A DNA stretch of 63,252 nt, the filler included, from Octopus bimaculoides (Eukaryota): assembly GCF_001194135.2 (NCBI RefSeq). It is 4 parts of 3 records of this genome, joined end to end, with 100 filler letters (N's around TTAATTAATTAA, not from the genome) between each part and the next. Parts side by side here need not be neighbours in the genome. Positions count along the whole stretch, not along the records: positions 1 to 29,098 come from NC_068987.1; 3 more parts are not named here. One strand, written 5' to 3'. Each line of letters begins with the position of its first letter. Position 1 is the stretch's first letter. The translations under genes were made by a program, and so were the position numbers. The notes beneath the pieces are model-generated. The model was not told the origin of the DNA and ran no database searches. It saw only the letters and a program-made list of their open reading frames with translations. Positions 1 to 12,250 of this stretch are shown in pieces.

Positions 1-32
1 TGTTAAACTTCCCCGGTGTAGTCTTGTTAAAC

Positions 33-81
<49 letters not shown>

Positions 82-93
82 CATCATTATTAA

Positions 94-285
94 GGCGGTG
101 GGTTGGCAGTATGGTTAGCGCGCCGGGCAAAATGCTTAGCAGTATCACGTCCGTCCTAATGTTCTGAGTTCGCCTTTGTCCTTCATCCCTTCGGAGTCGA
201 TAAAATAAGTACCAGTTGAACGCTGGTGTGGGTGCAATCGATTAATCCCCTCGCCCGAAATTGCTGAGTTTATACCAAAATTTTA
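94..285 (+). mobile_element. tRNA-derived SINE family A (GGCGGYGAGCTGGCAGAA...TTCTGAGTTCAAATTCC...GTCGATAAAATAAGTACCAG)
   Basis: A/B-box-like head; more than 20 diverged copies in the window in both orientations. Confidence 0.85.
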
Positions 286-911
286 TATCATTGTGCCTAT
301 TATTATCTTCTTCATGTCCCTATATTACCTCACTGTGTTTCAGTTTCTGTGAATTTTTCTGTTTTTAGCCTACGTGGGGGCTATACATCAACGAACAATT
401 ACCATCCAATACCAAACAAATACATGAACCAGCTGCTTGCAGCTCATCAGCAAACGAAATGCTAATTCATTACGACCTCTCTTTTAATGGATGCTTAAAA
501 CTATCAGGTATCATCAATGGATTTAGAAATGGCTGACTTCAAGTAGGCTTGTAGCGATTTTCAAGCCTAGTGTCACTTTGGATAGGATTACTAGCTAATC
601 CTATTCATCACCTTTAATTTTTATGATTGTAATTCCTACAGTTGCTTAACGCTTTCAACCGCAGACACTCTTGATGCAATTCATCATAATAAGATTTGTC
701 CGATATTTAAACTAATTTCCAGTAATTCAATGACATTTATTTAACTGGTATTTACACTCTTCGTAAAATATTTCTCTCTCTTGCTTCGAATTGGCTGACA
801 GCACTTCAGCACATGTTAAAGTACTGCAATGTATATGTGTTTCGTAGTCTGCTTTTGTCACCAAATCCCGCAACAAACAAAAAAAGTACAGACCTTACAT
901 TCCTCCCAAAT

Positions 912-971
<60 letters not shown>

Positions 972-1067
972 NNNNNNNNNNNNNNNNNNNNNNNNNNNNN
1001 NNNNNNNNNNNNNNNNNNNNNNNNNNNNNNNNNNNNNNNNNNNNNNNNNNNNNNNNNNNNNNNNNNN

Positions 1068-1129
<62 letters not shown>

Positions 1130-2481
1130 ATGTAACAGTAGTAAAATATATCAATAATATAACTTACATAGTGCAAGCATTATCTTGTTTAGAACTCAAA
1201 ACACCAGGAAAAGTGGATGTATGTATAGTTATCATATCAAAGTTGACTTCTATCTAATCTGACTTCTATCCTCATCCGGTTGTTCCCGACCGTGGGAAAC
1301 AGCCTAGGTAAAGATAAAACTCAGAGTACACGGTCAACTTCGATACAGTAAATATCTCACTCTTTTACTCTTTTACTATTTTACATGTTTCAGTCATTTG
1401 ACTGCGGCCATGCTGGAGCACCGCCTTTAGTCGAAGAAATCGATTGTCAAGCGATGTTGGGGGACAAACACAGACACACAAACATATACACACACACACA
1501 TATATATATATATGTATATGTATGTATATATATATGTATGTATATATATATATATGTANNNNNNNNNNNNNNNNNNNNNNNNNNNNNNNNNNNNNNNNNN
1601 NNNNNNNNNNNNNNNNNNNNNNNNNNNNNNNNNNNNNNNNNNNNNNNNNNNNNNNNNNNNNNNNNNNNNNNNNNNNNNNNNNNNNNNNNNNNNNNNNNNN
1701 NNNNNNNNNNNNNNNNNNNNNNNNNNNNNNNNNNNNNNNNNNNNNNNNNNNNNNNNNNNNNNNNNNNNNNNNNNNNNNNNNNNNNNNNNNNNNNNNNNNN
1801 NNNNNNNNNNNNNNNNNNNNNNNNNNNNNNNNNNNNNNNNNNNNNNNNNNNNNNNNNNNNNNNNNNNNNNNNNNNNNNNNNNNNNNNNNNNNNNNNNNNN
1901 NNNNNNNNNNNNNNNNNNNNNNNNNNNNNNNNNNNNNNNNNNNNNNNNNNNNNNNNNNNNNNNNNNNNNNNNNNNNNNNNNNNNNNNNNNNNNNNNNNNN
2001 NNNNNNNNNNNNNNNNNNNNNNNNNNNNNNNNNNNNNNNNNNNNNNNNNNNNNNNNNNNNNNNNNNNNNNNNNNNNNNNNNNNNNNNNNNNNNNNNNNNN
2101 NNNNNNNNNNNNNNNNNNNNNNNNNNNNNNNNNNNNNNNNNNNNNNNNNNNNNNNNNNNNNNNNNNNNNNNNNNNNNNNNNNNNNNNNNNNNNNNNNNNN
2201 NNNNNNNNNNNNNNNNNNNNNNNNNNNNNNNNNNNNNNNNNNNNNNNNNNNNNNNNNNNNNNNNNNNNNNNNNNNNNNNNNNNNNNNNNNNNNNNNNNNN
2301 NNNNNNNNNATATATATATATATATATATATACATATATACGACGGGCTTCTTTCAATCCAGAGCGTCTTTTATGTCATTAAATATGGTTATTTAAGCAT
2401 TTAGAAACATTTTAGAATGACAGTTATATGGAATGTCTGTATATTACATGAATGTTTCTCTTTTTTATTTTCCTTCTGCAG

Positions 2482-2572
2482 ATTGATGTCATTGGTCAAT
2501 CAATGTGTAACTTAATCCATCCAGACGATACCCAAGTATTCTCGGAACAATTCTGCATGACTGATGTAAAAG
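2482..2572 (+). CDS. bHLH-PAS (Met/CLOCK-like) gene, internal exon: PAS-A core IDVIGQSMCNLIHPDDTQVFSEQFCMTDVK
   Basis: Acceptor ttttccttctgcag; translation matches the PAS-A motif D-x-x-G-Q-S-x-x-N-L-I-H-P-D-D; a phase-1 end, needed to join 3031, is available only at the GC donor AAAG|gcttgt. Confidence 0.85.
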
Positions 2573-3030
2573 GCTTGTACTATATATGAACTATATCTTT
2601 CACTGTTCCTAAAATTGTCTTATCTCTTGTTTTTGATTTAAAAATAAAATGACAACCTAATACTTCGTCTTCTATAACTTCATAACTTTAATTCCCCAAA
2701 TTGTAACATTATTACACAGAAACTAAGGCGGCGCGCTGGCAGAAACGTTAGCACGCCGAGCGAAGTGCTTCGCGGTGTTTCGTCTGTCTTTACGTTCTGA
2801 GTTCAAATTCCGCCTTGCATCAAAATTTGGAATCAATATTTACAGAAATATTATCCCTGATATTGACCAGTCGACTGAATATATCTGTTTGACCTTGGTT
2901 CTTTAGGTTGTAGGATATACTCGAGATTGATACGATTTCAAAAGACTTTTCAATCCGTTATCGGCGTCCAAAATAATTGTTTTTAAGTTAATCACAATAT
3001 ATATATATATATTTTTTCTTTTGTTTTTAG

Positions 3031-3171
3031 ATAAAGCTCATCTACAAAACCACAAAGAATTTACGATTCGATTGAGCAAGAAAAATAAGTTCCATCCAAC
3101 ATCATACGAAACATTTCATGCCATGGGTCAAATTAAGTATTGTAAAACTGAAAGGAAAATCGAAATGAAAG
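3031..3171 (+). CDS. bHLH-PAS exon: PAS-A C-terminal strands (D)KAHLQNHKEFTIRLSKKNKFHPTSYETFHAMGQIKYCKTERKIEMK
   Basis: ttttctttttgtttttag acceptor, AAAG|gtaaat donor, open 141 nt, phase 1-1; EFTIRL and YETFHAMGQI fit the PAS-A motifs F-x-x-R-L/M and V/F-H-x-x-G. Confidence 0.85.
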
Positions 3172-3721
3172 GTAAATATTTTCAAAACCAATGTACGAAA
3201 CTGAGGCAATGTTAAATTAAAATAGCTCTCTACGTATCATACTTAATAAATATACACAGATGATAGGCCAGTTTCCGACCTAAATTGCGAATACCAAATT
3301 TCTATTCAGCCGGGCGACTATTTGTAATATCAGGTTGTTTTATTCATTATTCATTATATCGTAGGCAACGAAAACTCATCCAAACATATTGTTGGCTGCA
3401 TGTACACGCCATTCAAAAAACCTGAAAAGGCCGAAATGTATACTGAGTTCATACTGTCCGCTGCTGGGGCAATTTTTTCGACTTCCTCCAATCTTTACTC
3501 TATTTTTAACGCAACACGTCCATAAAAAGATGTTATCTCACAACGAATAGTACAGCAATGGCCCATCAAAGGTGAATATAACTTACACATAACACATAGA
3601 TGACTACTTCATTTTCAAGTCTCTTTTAACTAGTAAAATGTAATACGAAGTCGTGTGGTTTCTAGTGATTTATCTTAAAATCTGTATAATCGAATAAACT
3701 CCCAATAAATAGCCTTCTGTA

Positions 3722-3914
3722 TATAATACAAACAATGGGCTATACACTTGTTGTAATTTAGTCATCCATAGTCTGATGATATTTCGGAATAAAATTCCTT
3801 CTTCAGATATTATTAGATGAAGAATATCTGAGGAAGGAATTTTATTCCGAAATATCATATCGGACTATGGATGACTAAATTACAACAGGTACATAGCCCA
3901 ATGTTTGTATTATA
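3722..3914. repeat. about 90-bp near-perfect inverted repeat with an 11-nt loop; each arm carries an HHR motif
   Basis: 3722-3811 is the reverse complement of 3823-3914 with few mismatches. Confidence 0.95.
3824..3860 (+). ncRNA. minimal type I hammerhead ribozyme fold (PLE-type)
   Basis: Stem I ATAT/ATAT, core CTGAGGA plus extra A, stem II GGAAT-TTT-ATTCC, GAAA, palindromic stem III ATAT, cleavage triplet ATC (3854-3856). Confidence 0.7.
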
Positions 3915-4457
3915 GTACATTGTTGTCCCATTCAAAACTTTTTATTCTTTACAAACAATACACAATGCTTCAAGCGAACTACAATACTCTCCTAGCCTTC
4001 TGTAAATTTAACTCAGGTTCTTTTAGCTTTATTTTGAAAATACAAGTGATTCTCCTGATTATTTAACTGTACCCCTACATAGCAAAACTCAAATAATGTT
4101 CTATCTCAAACTCCTTTTAAATATTTTTTCAATAATTCCAAAGATTCTGTAAATAACTTTCAACAAAACTACAAAATAAGTGCTAAACTCTCAAGAAGTC
4201 GAATTTGCGCATTCAATTTACTTATGTCAACCGATACCCTCACAATATCTAATATACATTTGTTTTAAGAATGTAAAGGCTTTAAAAATATTGACATAAG
4301 GCCCTATATATTTAACTCGAGAATCCTCCTCCTTTAGAATAGTGTTTTGTCAACCATTTTTTGCTTATGGGCCCTTTAATTTTTGTTTTACTCCAGTGGA
4401 CCCGCATACCCATTCAATGTTTGTATTTTTATAATTGAATATTAATAGGACTTGTAA

Positions 4458-5762
4458 GAGAGAAAAGTCGATTTGAACATCCTCGAGTGCTCAACTAGTA
4501 CGTATATTATCGAACCTAAAATGATGAAAGGCAAAAATTGACTTCGGTGGAATTTGAACGCAGAACCTAGAGGACGAAATACCGCTCAGCACTAAATGCC
4601 CGATGTGCTAATGATTCTGCCAGCTCACCACCCTTTTCATAATACAATATATTACATACTAATACCTATAAATGTATCTCCCCACCCACCCACCAATTCA
4701 CTAAGATTGTTATAAGATCCTGCAGTCTTGCAAGGAACTGTAGTGACGGGTGAGGTGGGAGTAGAGAGAATGACGGGCAAAGGAAAAAATTGATCGTCAG
4801 CATCAAAGAACATGCATATCACGAGGGGGTGTCTCAAGTAATTGTTAAATCGTTAAAATATTTCGCATACTTAAAATGTATAACCTATTTATTGCACAAA
4901 TTTTAACAGCAACTTCTTATGTGTTTCCTCAAAGGTTATGTGGACCCCGGATGAGAACCATTACACGAGATCTTAGGCTAAGGCTCTGGGTCTGTCATGA
5001 GACCTAGGAATCACAAAGGTGGAACTTAATCCGGTTTCCATGGATCATCAGTGACTTAGATTACAACCCTTGCTATCATCCGTCACACGGTTAATTTTCC
5101 AGCTGTTGCTGGAACGCATTTTACGGCTGAGTGGTGGTCTGGAGCAACGTGAAATGAAGTGTTTTATTCAAAACAACGTGCTGCCCGGTCTAGGAATCGA
5201 AACCACGATCTTAAGATTGTGTATGCAACAACCTAACCACCAGGTTACGCACCTTCACTAACTTAAGGAAAGAATCGATTAAATACATCTCAGTACATAC
5301 CCGATATTCGTGGTGCTTGCTTACTGACTGCTGACATGACTGTTTAGCTTCTGATTGTGTGTACATCCATCTTCCACAGCTGTCGAGATTACTTGAGACA
5401 CCCCCTTACGATATACATGTTCTTTGATGCTGACGATCAATTTTTTCCTTTGCCCGTCATTCTCCCTACTCCCACTTCACCCGTCACTACAGTTCCTGGC
5501 AAGACTGCAGGATCTTATTACAATCTTATTGAATCGGGGAGAAGATAGATCTATAGGTATTAGTATGTAATATATTGTATTATGAAAAGGGTGGCAAGCT
5601 GGCAGAATCATTAGCACATCGGACAAAATACGCAGCGGTATTTGGTCGTTTAGGTTCTGCGTTCAAATTCCACCAAAGTGTATTTTTGCCTGTCATCATT
5701 TTGAGTTCGATAAAATACGTACTAGCTGAGCACTCAAGGGTGTAGAATTTGACTTTTCTCTT
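4458..5762. repeat. local inverted duplication with about 380-bp arms (4458-4842 and 5388-5762), each containing unique sequence plus a SINE copy
   Basis: The arms are reverse complements, e.g. gtgacgggtgaggtgggagtagagagaatgacgggcaaagg vs cctttgcccgtcattctccctactcccacttcacccgtcac. Confidence 0.9.
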
Positions 5763-6667
5763 TCCTTGAAATTACTGGCCTTGAAACCAATGCATTGCGT
5801 TAAAACCCTTTGTAAGGAAAAACGGTTCAAGTCCAGCAGGTAGTCTTCGACTTTTAATACCCCAAGGAGTTTTTTTAAGCCAATATATTACGTACCATTA
5901 TTTACCACTTTGAGACTCACCCTAAATATATTTTTGTGATACATTTTGTTAAGAAAGCAGTTTTTTATTTCATATTTAATCAGAAATTATCTTTGTCATA
6001 ATTAGTTCTGCACGTTCATTTTGTTTTGCCCTCATGTCTGTTTTGATTGAGTTGAACAATGATAGCAGACAGTCAGCCACTAAGTATCACATGCTTTCCC
6101 CTACCCAGAAGTATAGTCTGTTCATCTCTTTAAGACAGAGTTATTTTTGGAGAGATTTGGTTGTTATTTCTTTCAGATCGAGCGACCATATAGAGACCTT
6201 CTCCTTGACTCGCCAGCATTTCATTAGACAATTTAACCTTTCTATACTCCATGGTTTTATGTAAGGTCAACAGCTCGTAGCTTCTTCGTTCTTTCTGTAG
6301 TAGAATCATTGTTCAGCGCGTCTATTTATATTACTATCATAGTTATGTATGTATGTATGTATGTATGTATGTATGTATGTATGTATGCATGTATGTATGT
6401 ATGTGAAACAAAGAAGCTGAACGAAAATTCAAGGAGTGAAAGATAAAAGAGTTGGACTGATTTCAGGGTGAGATGATTGAATTTACAGGCAAAATATAAT
6501 TACACAGTGCCAGCTTTATGAGTTGTGATTAGTTTACATTGGCACTATTGCTCCTTAGGATGTAGTAATCGCCATTTATAGCTGATACTGTGAAATAGAT
6601 GCTAGGAAATATCATGACTTTAAGTAGATATGTAAAGGAAACTATAATAACGAAGTAATTCTTTTAG

Positions 6668-6721
6668 AGAGAATATTGTCCAGTGCGGAATTTCAGCAAA
6701 ATGGAGAAGCGTCTCTCGACG
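6668..6721 (+). CDS. possible small linker exon (E)RILSSAEFQQNGEASLD
   Basis: ttcttttag acceptor, GACG|gtaatt donor, 54 nt, phase 1-1 and open in the required frame; no domain motif to confirm it. Confidence 0.5.
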
Positions 6722-6941
6722 GTAATTAGACGCCATTGTTTAGCAGCACATCCTCCATTCTTTACTGAGATCAAATTATCATTTAACAGTGAGAAATATG
6801 ACAGCCAATGTAAATATCAATCATTCATCAATGTAAGTTATGTGAAATTAGTTTTAGTCTTATTATTGACTGTCTAGTATTAGTCACCAACTATAATTAT
6901 TACCATCTTTTTTTTATTATTATTATCCGTTTTACTGCCAG

Positions 6942-7080
6942 AGGAGACTTGGCTCATTGCCATTCTTAAACCCGTCCTTCAACCTCTTTATAAGGAAATA
7001 TCTATATTTGCTGAGACAACGCAGATTCAATACATTAGTAGACACGACTTCAATGGCAGATTTCTTGATATTACATTAAG
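6942..7080 (+). CDS. bHLH-PAS exon: end of PAS-A and start of PAS-B (E)ETWLIAILKPVLQPLYKEISIFAETTQIQYISRHDFNGRFLDITL(R)
   Basis: ccgttttactgccag acceptor, TAAG|gtaggt donor, phase 1-2; YISRHDFNGRF matches the PAS-B start F/Y-x-S-R-H. Confidence 0.9.
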
Positions 7081-8479
7081 GTAGGTTATTATCTTAACTT
7101 TTTACTCTTTCCATGTCTACTCCATTATTAAACCACTGTAATTCTCTCTCCCTCAGAAATCTTTTCCATTCACTATTTATCTAAGACAGAACCACACTGT
7201 TCATTATCAGAAACTACCAACAAGATAGATAACAATTTGAATTATTACTGAAATGTGTTATGTTCAGTAATAAAGAGGACAGCAGGTAGTTTATTGGCTA
7301 CAAACTATGTTTGTATTCATATTTTCAACACTGATCTTTCAGAAAGCATGTTCGGAATTTCTCGACTGTCTTTAAAGAATAAAGACTCGATGTCCGGTAA
7401 TTGTCTGTTTCGCCAGTACAGTTCATGATTATTTACAGTGTCTAAGATTCATGCTAGAACATTCAGCATCTTCTTCCCTCATCTCCGTGTTCCCTGAAAT
7501 CACTAAAGATAAAATAATACAATGAGGGTATGTAAATACTTCTTATTTTGTTAAACAAATATGCAAAATTCATGCATGTTTTGTTATACAACACGGCTAT
7601 AATTATAAGGTGATCGATTGTCAGAATTGGTAAAGCATTGGACAAGAATTTCTGCAGCATCTTTATGACTCTTTGCATTTTGAGTTCAAGTCCCAGCGAG
7701 TTCAACATTATTTTGTATGCATGCGAAGCCGATAAGAAAAGTATTTCAAATTGTCGAAGCAATGGAGAAATTATTTCGCGAGGAGGTTACGGATTTTTTC
7801 CACCTCTTTACATTTGAGAATACATGCGATGACATAATATCGACATTACTCATTCCATCGGAGAGAAGGTACATGTTGGATAGACAACTACCAGCATTAC
7901 TTAAGAAAAAAACAAGACCCCCAGTACATGCTTTGAATGAACTTTTCAGACGTAGAGATATGGTCAACCTGACGGACAGAGATGTTAGGTAACATATAAA
8001 TCGTATAAGGCGGCGAGCTAGCAGAAACGTTAGCATGCCAGGCAAAATGCTTAGCGGTATTTCGTCTGTCTTTACGTTCTGAGTTCAAATTCTGCCTTTC
8101 ATCCTTTCGGGTTCGATAAATTCAGTACCATGGCTAAGTAAAATAATTGCTGCTCATGCGGCTACTGGACATTATCAAAAAACTTCAACAGTCCTAAATT
8201 CGAACGCAACTTTCACCTTTCGCAGCTATTGTTCTGAGTGTCGTCATATGACATGTCTACATAGCAAAGACTTCGACCTGACTTTACTGCGCGGCTCTCA
8301 CATGACTTTAATACGCAGGCGCAAAAGAAAACTGTCCGAAAGTTCCCTTACAAAACCATGTGACCATTCTCAACTAATCAATTTGGATTAGCTTATAATG
8401 TCTTCATGTATTCTTTGCGCATTTTCAACTTCATTTTTTTCTATTTTGCTAAAACTTGTTTTGATTAGTAACGATGTAT

Positions 8480-8503
8480 GCATATGTATGTATGTGTATG
8501 CAT

Positions 8504-8551
<48 letters not shown>

Positions 8552-8763
8552 GTGTCTGTGTGTGTGTGTATGTGTGTGTGCGTGCGTGTGTGTCTGTGTG
8601 TGTGTCTGTGTCCGTGTTTGTGTGTGTATACTTACCTGAGTGCATGTTTTGATTTATATATGTATGTAATGTATGTATATGCAAATATATATAAAGGGAG
8701 AGAGAAGGAGGGAGAGAGAAGTAAAGAGGTAGCGACACAAACAGACAGACAGACAGACAGATG

Positions 8764-8826
<63 letters not shown>

Positions 8827-8830
8827 GAAT
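8480..8830. repeat. compound (GT)n / (GACA)n / (GATA)n microsatellite, representative of many in the window
   Basis: Direct inspection. Confidence 0.95.
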
Positions 8831-9636
8831 GGATTCACGGCTAGATAGATAGACAGATCTACTGTAACGCACATATATTTTACAGAACTATTTCTTCGAA
8901 TCTACAGAGGGAACGTATTCAGCAAAAAGTCCTACAGGAATTCACAAAGCAAAATTAATATTTTCAGAAACATACTTTTGCTGTCAGCTGCTTCAAGAAT
9001 TTGTTTGATTTCTTTTTATTATTTCCATTCTATATGAAATATTTTCCATCATTTCGGAAATCCCTATCGCCGGAAAAAAATTAAATGATTTTGTGAATCT
9101 CATGAGGGGAGAAAAACTGAAGACCGTCTTATCATACTAAGCTGTACGCTTCTTTTCCGATTGAAGCTACCACAAGAAATGTTGTGCTGTGTCTCCGGCG
9201 TGTTGATAAAACAGTCACTTAAGAAAATATCTTCATATACTATTGAAGACCGTATTGCAACTTGGCCACAGTCTAGTGAGCGAAACTAGTACAGTTTGAT
9301 ATACAGTGCTTCATGAGTCATTCCCTTAGACAATCTGGACAAAAAGTATGAAGTGAAAGAGAGAAAGCAGTCAAATGCGTCTATGAACTGACAACATCAA
9401 AGAATGGATTGGAAATAGGAATCTGGGTGATTGGATGCATGCAGCTCAACACAGAAGGAGCTGGAGAGTTTTAAGATATTTAAGATACGCTTTGAAATCA
9501 AGGCACAATGCATCGATTTATATCGTCAACTCAAAACATAAAACATATAGACACCCATTGGTCAGATTTAATCTTGCAACACAAATTCATAAATGCGTGT
9601 GTGTGTGTGTGCATGTGTGCGTGTAGACATATATAC

Positions 9637-9682
<46 letters not shown>

Positions 9683-9934
9683 ATATATGTATGGATATAC
9701 ATGAATGTGTATATACTATCATGTATACAAACACACGCAGCTGGTGAGACGCTCCAGATTTTGCAATCACAGTAACGTTGAACCCGAGGTGCATCGAATT
9801 ATAGAAACATGTATAAGGAAGTGAATATTTTATCTTCACAACTGTGTCTATTCCTGTGATTTTCAATATGAACGACTTGTTTTTAAACAAATCGTAAGAT
9901 TAGCAAGAAAAATTTCAACTTACGAATTCATTAT

Positions 9935-10151
9935 ACGAAGTGTGTTGAAAAGTTCCGGGTTTTGGTTGAAAGAAAAATACAGGAAGATCAGTTAATTATG
10001 ATTTTATTCCACATACTCCCCTCTCAGATTCATACACTTATCGTAGCGGTCCTTCAGGTTTTCTAAGCTCTGTAAAAGAACTCAGAAGATTGGGCCCCTA
10101 ACCAAGCCTTTTGCGACACCCTTAAAGCCAGGAACTTTTCAGCACTCCTCT
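9935..10151. mobile_element. mariner-type MITE (about 220 bp; TIR ACGAGG..GCTGAAAAGTTCCTGG, TA context)
   Basis: Terminal inverted repeats; further copies at 16297-16517 and, truncated and reversed, 28173-28315. Confidence 0.8.
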
Positions 10152-10459
10152 TAGTTTGTTCTTTATTAAGAACTTACAAATCAGACTCCTTTGTTTCTCG
10201 TTAATACAAATGAATCTTAACGTAGCAAAAGATCTTTCCGTAACTGAGTGACTTCTACTTTATGTAATCCATAGTCCAGTATAACGTTATCACAAAATGC
10301 CTAGGTACATTTTAGCGACGTCTATAATATTGCAGCCATTCGAAACAGGTCTCAGGTTTGAGAATAATTCCTTCTTTCCTCATACTTACGCTTTAAGCTT
10401 TGAAATGAATCACAGGCATTGCTTTCTTCCACTGAGTAAGCTTTATAAAAATATTATTT

Positions 10460-11990
10460 TCATATTTTGGCAAAAGGCCAGCTATTTCGAGGGAGCGGGT
10501 AAGTCGATTACATCGACCCTGGTGCTCAACTAGTACTTATTTTATCGATCTCGAAAAAAGAAAAATGACGGGCAAAGTCGATCACGGCGGAATTTGAACT
10601 CAGAAAGTAGAGTCGAGACGAAATACCGACAAGCATTTTGTCCGGGGCAGTAACGATTCTGCCAGCTCACCACCTTACGTGTTTTGAGTAGATTGAAGCC
10701 TATCAATATATAATGTAGTCCTAAATATACATTATGAATAAAAGGCTTTCCTGTAATGAATTTTCATTCCTGAAAAACTTTACATCACAGGTTTGTATGA
10801 TCAGCGCTAACTTGGGACTAAACAAGTACAAACTACATAACTATATGAAGATACAGCAAAAATCTTTAAAAATTTATTGGCCATTTAAACAAAAGGGAAG
10901 TCTTTGGGATTCTCAAATCATTTCTTAGTTTATTTCCAGATTACAACGATATAATGATAACTGATTTATCTGAAGTTAATAATTAATTACACTCTGGAAT
11001 ATTTTCAAGTATAATTTCAATTTTTTATCATGATATAATTAATTGTCTTTCATTACAATATTGTAATTTAAGGCGACGAACTAGTGGAATGCTTGGCAGG
11101 ATTTCGTCGGTCTCTGCTTTCTGAGTTCAAATTCCATCGAGGTTGACTTTGCCTTTCGTTCTTTTGGGGTCGATAAAATAAGAACCATTTGAACACTGGG
11201 GTCTATTTAATTGATTTACCCTTTATTCTAAAATTGCTAGCCTTGTGCCAAAATTTTAAATCTCTTTAAAATAACAATTTAATTTTTCTTATTATATAAA
11301 ATAATTAATTTTTATTATAATATAATAAATCAACTTATTTATTATATTCTAATTGAAAATTTTTATTATAATTCTATGTTGGTGGATAAGCAGAATCGTT
11401 AGAGCGTCGGATAAAATGCCTTAAGGAATTTATCCCAGCTCTTTATATTCTGAGTTCAAATCCCATTATTCCTGCCTCCTGAGTCAATAATATTCCTTTC
11501 TGCTATAGGCACAAGGCCTGGAATTTGTGGGGAGGGGACTCACAGCACTCGACTGGTACTTAATTTGTCGACCCCGAAAGGATGAAAAGTAATGTCGACC
11601 TCGGCGGAATTTGAACTCAGAATGTAGGGCCGGACGAAATGCCGCTAAGCGTTTTGCCCGGCGTGCTAGCGATTCTGCCAGCTCACTACCTTATCTGGAG
11701 TCGATAACGATAAAGTACCAGTTTAGTACTGGGGTCGATGGTATCGACTACTACCCCTCCGCTGAAAATTGCTGGCCTTTGCTTAAATTAGAAACTATTA
11801 TTTAGAGAAATGACGGCTATGAATCGGTAAAGCATCGGGAAAAAATAACTTGTGGTATTCGTTCTGATTCTTACGGCCTGAGATCAAACCCTTTTAGAGA
11901 CAATTTTACTGTTCATCCTTCCAGTGTCGATAAAATAAAGTGCCAGTCAATAAGTGGGTCGATTTGACCGGCTAATACCCCTCCCAATAT
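10460..11990. mobile_element. cluster of family A SINE copies in mixed orientation
   Basis: Copies near 10460-10678(-), 11071-11265(+), 11380-11465(+), 11490-11690(-), 11690-11790(+), 11810-11990(+). Confidence 0.8.
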
Positions 11991-12250
11991 ATATTTTCTT
12001 GTACCTATGAAAGAAATGAATATTTAGGGATATGTTTTTATTGTTATTCATTTTCTTTTATATTTCAGTTCTTTTGCAAATGACGAAACATGTTCACCTT
12101 CAGACGAATGGTAAATGTGTTTCTTTTCTTTAATACATTCATCATTTCTTCAATTAGCTGAGTAATTGATAAACTACATTACTGACTGCTACTATTGCAG
12201 ATGGACTTTAAACCATAGACTGCTATTATTGCATATAGGCTTTAAAACAT

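Noticed and set aside
425-452. Minus-strand CTGATGA-GCTGC-AA-GCAGC
   Set aside because: No GAAA after stem II
369-507. Open 139-nt segment with splice-like ends upstream of the first PAS exon
   Set aside because: No bHLH or PAS motif, and its phase-1 end is incompatible with the phase-0 exon at 2482
544-605. Two small adjacent hairpins (taggcttg/caagccta and ataggatta/taatcctat)
   Set aside because: 8-9-bp stems are expected by chance in AT-rich DNA
12069-12110. 42-nt exon-like segment (tttcag...GAATG|gtaaat)
   Set aside because: It lies between exons 6942-7080 and 16983, which join directly; in phase 2 it would insert 14 residues into the PAS-B core. Rare cassette use cannot be excluded
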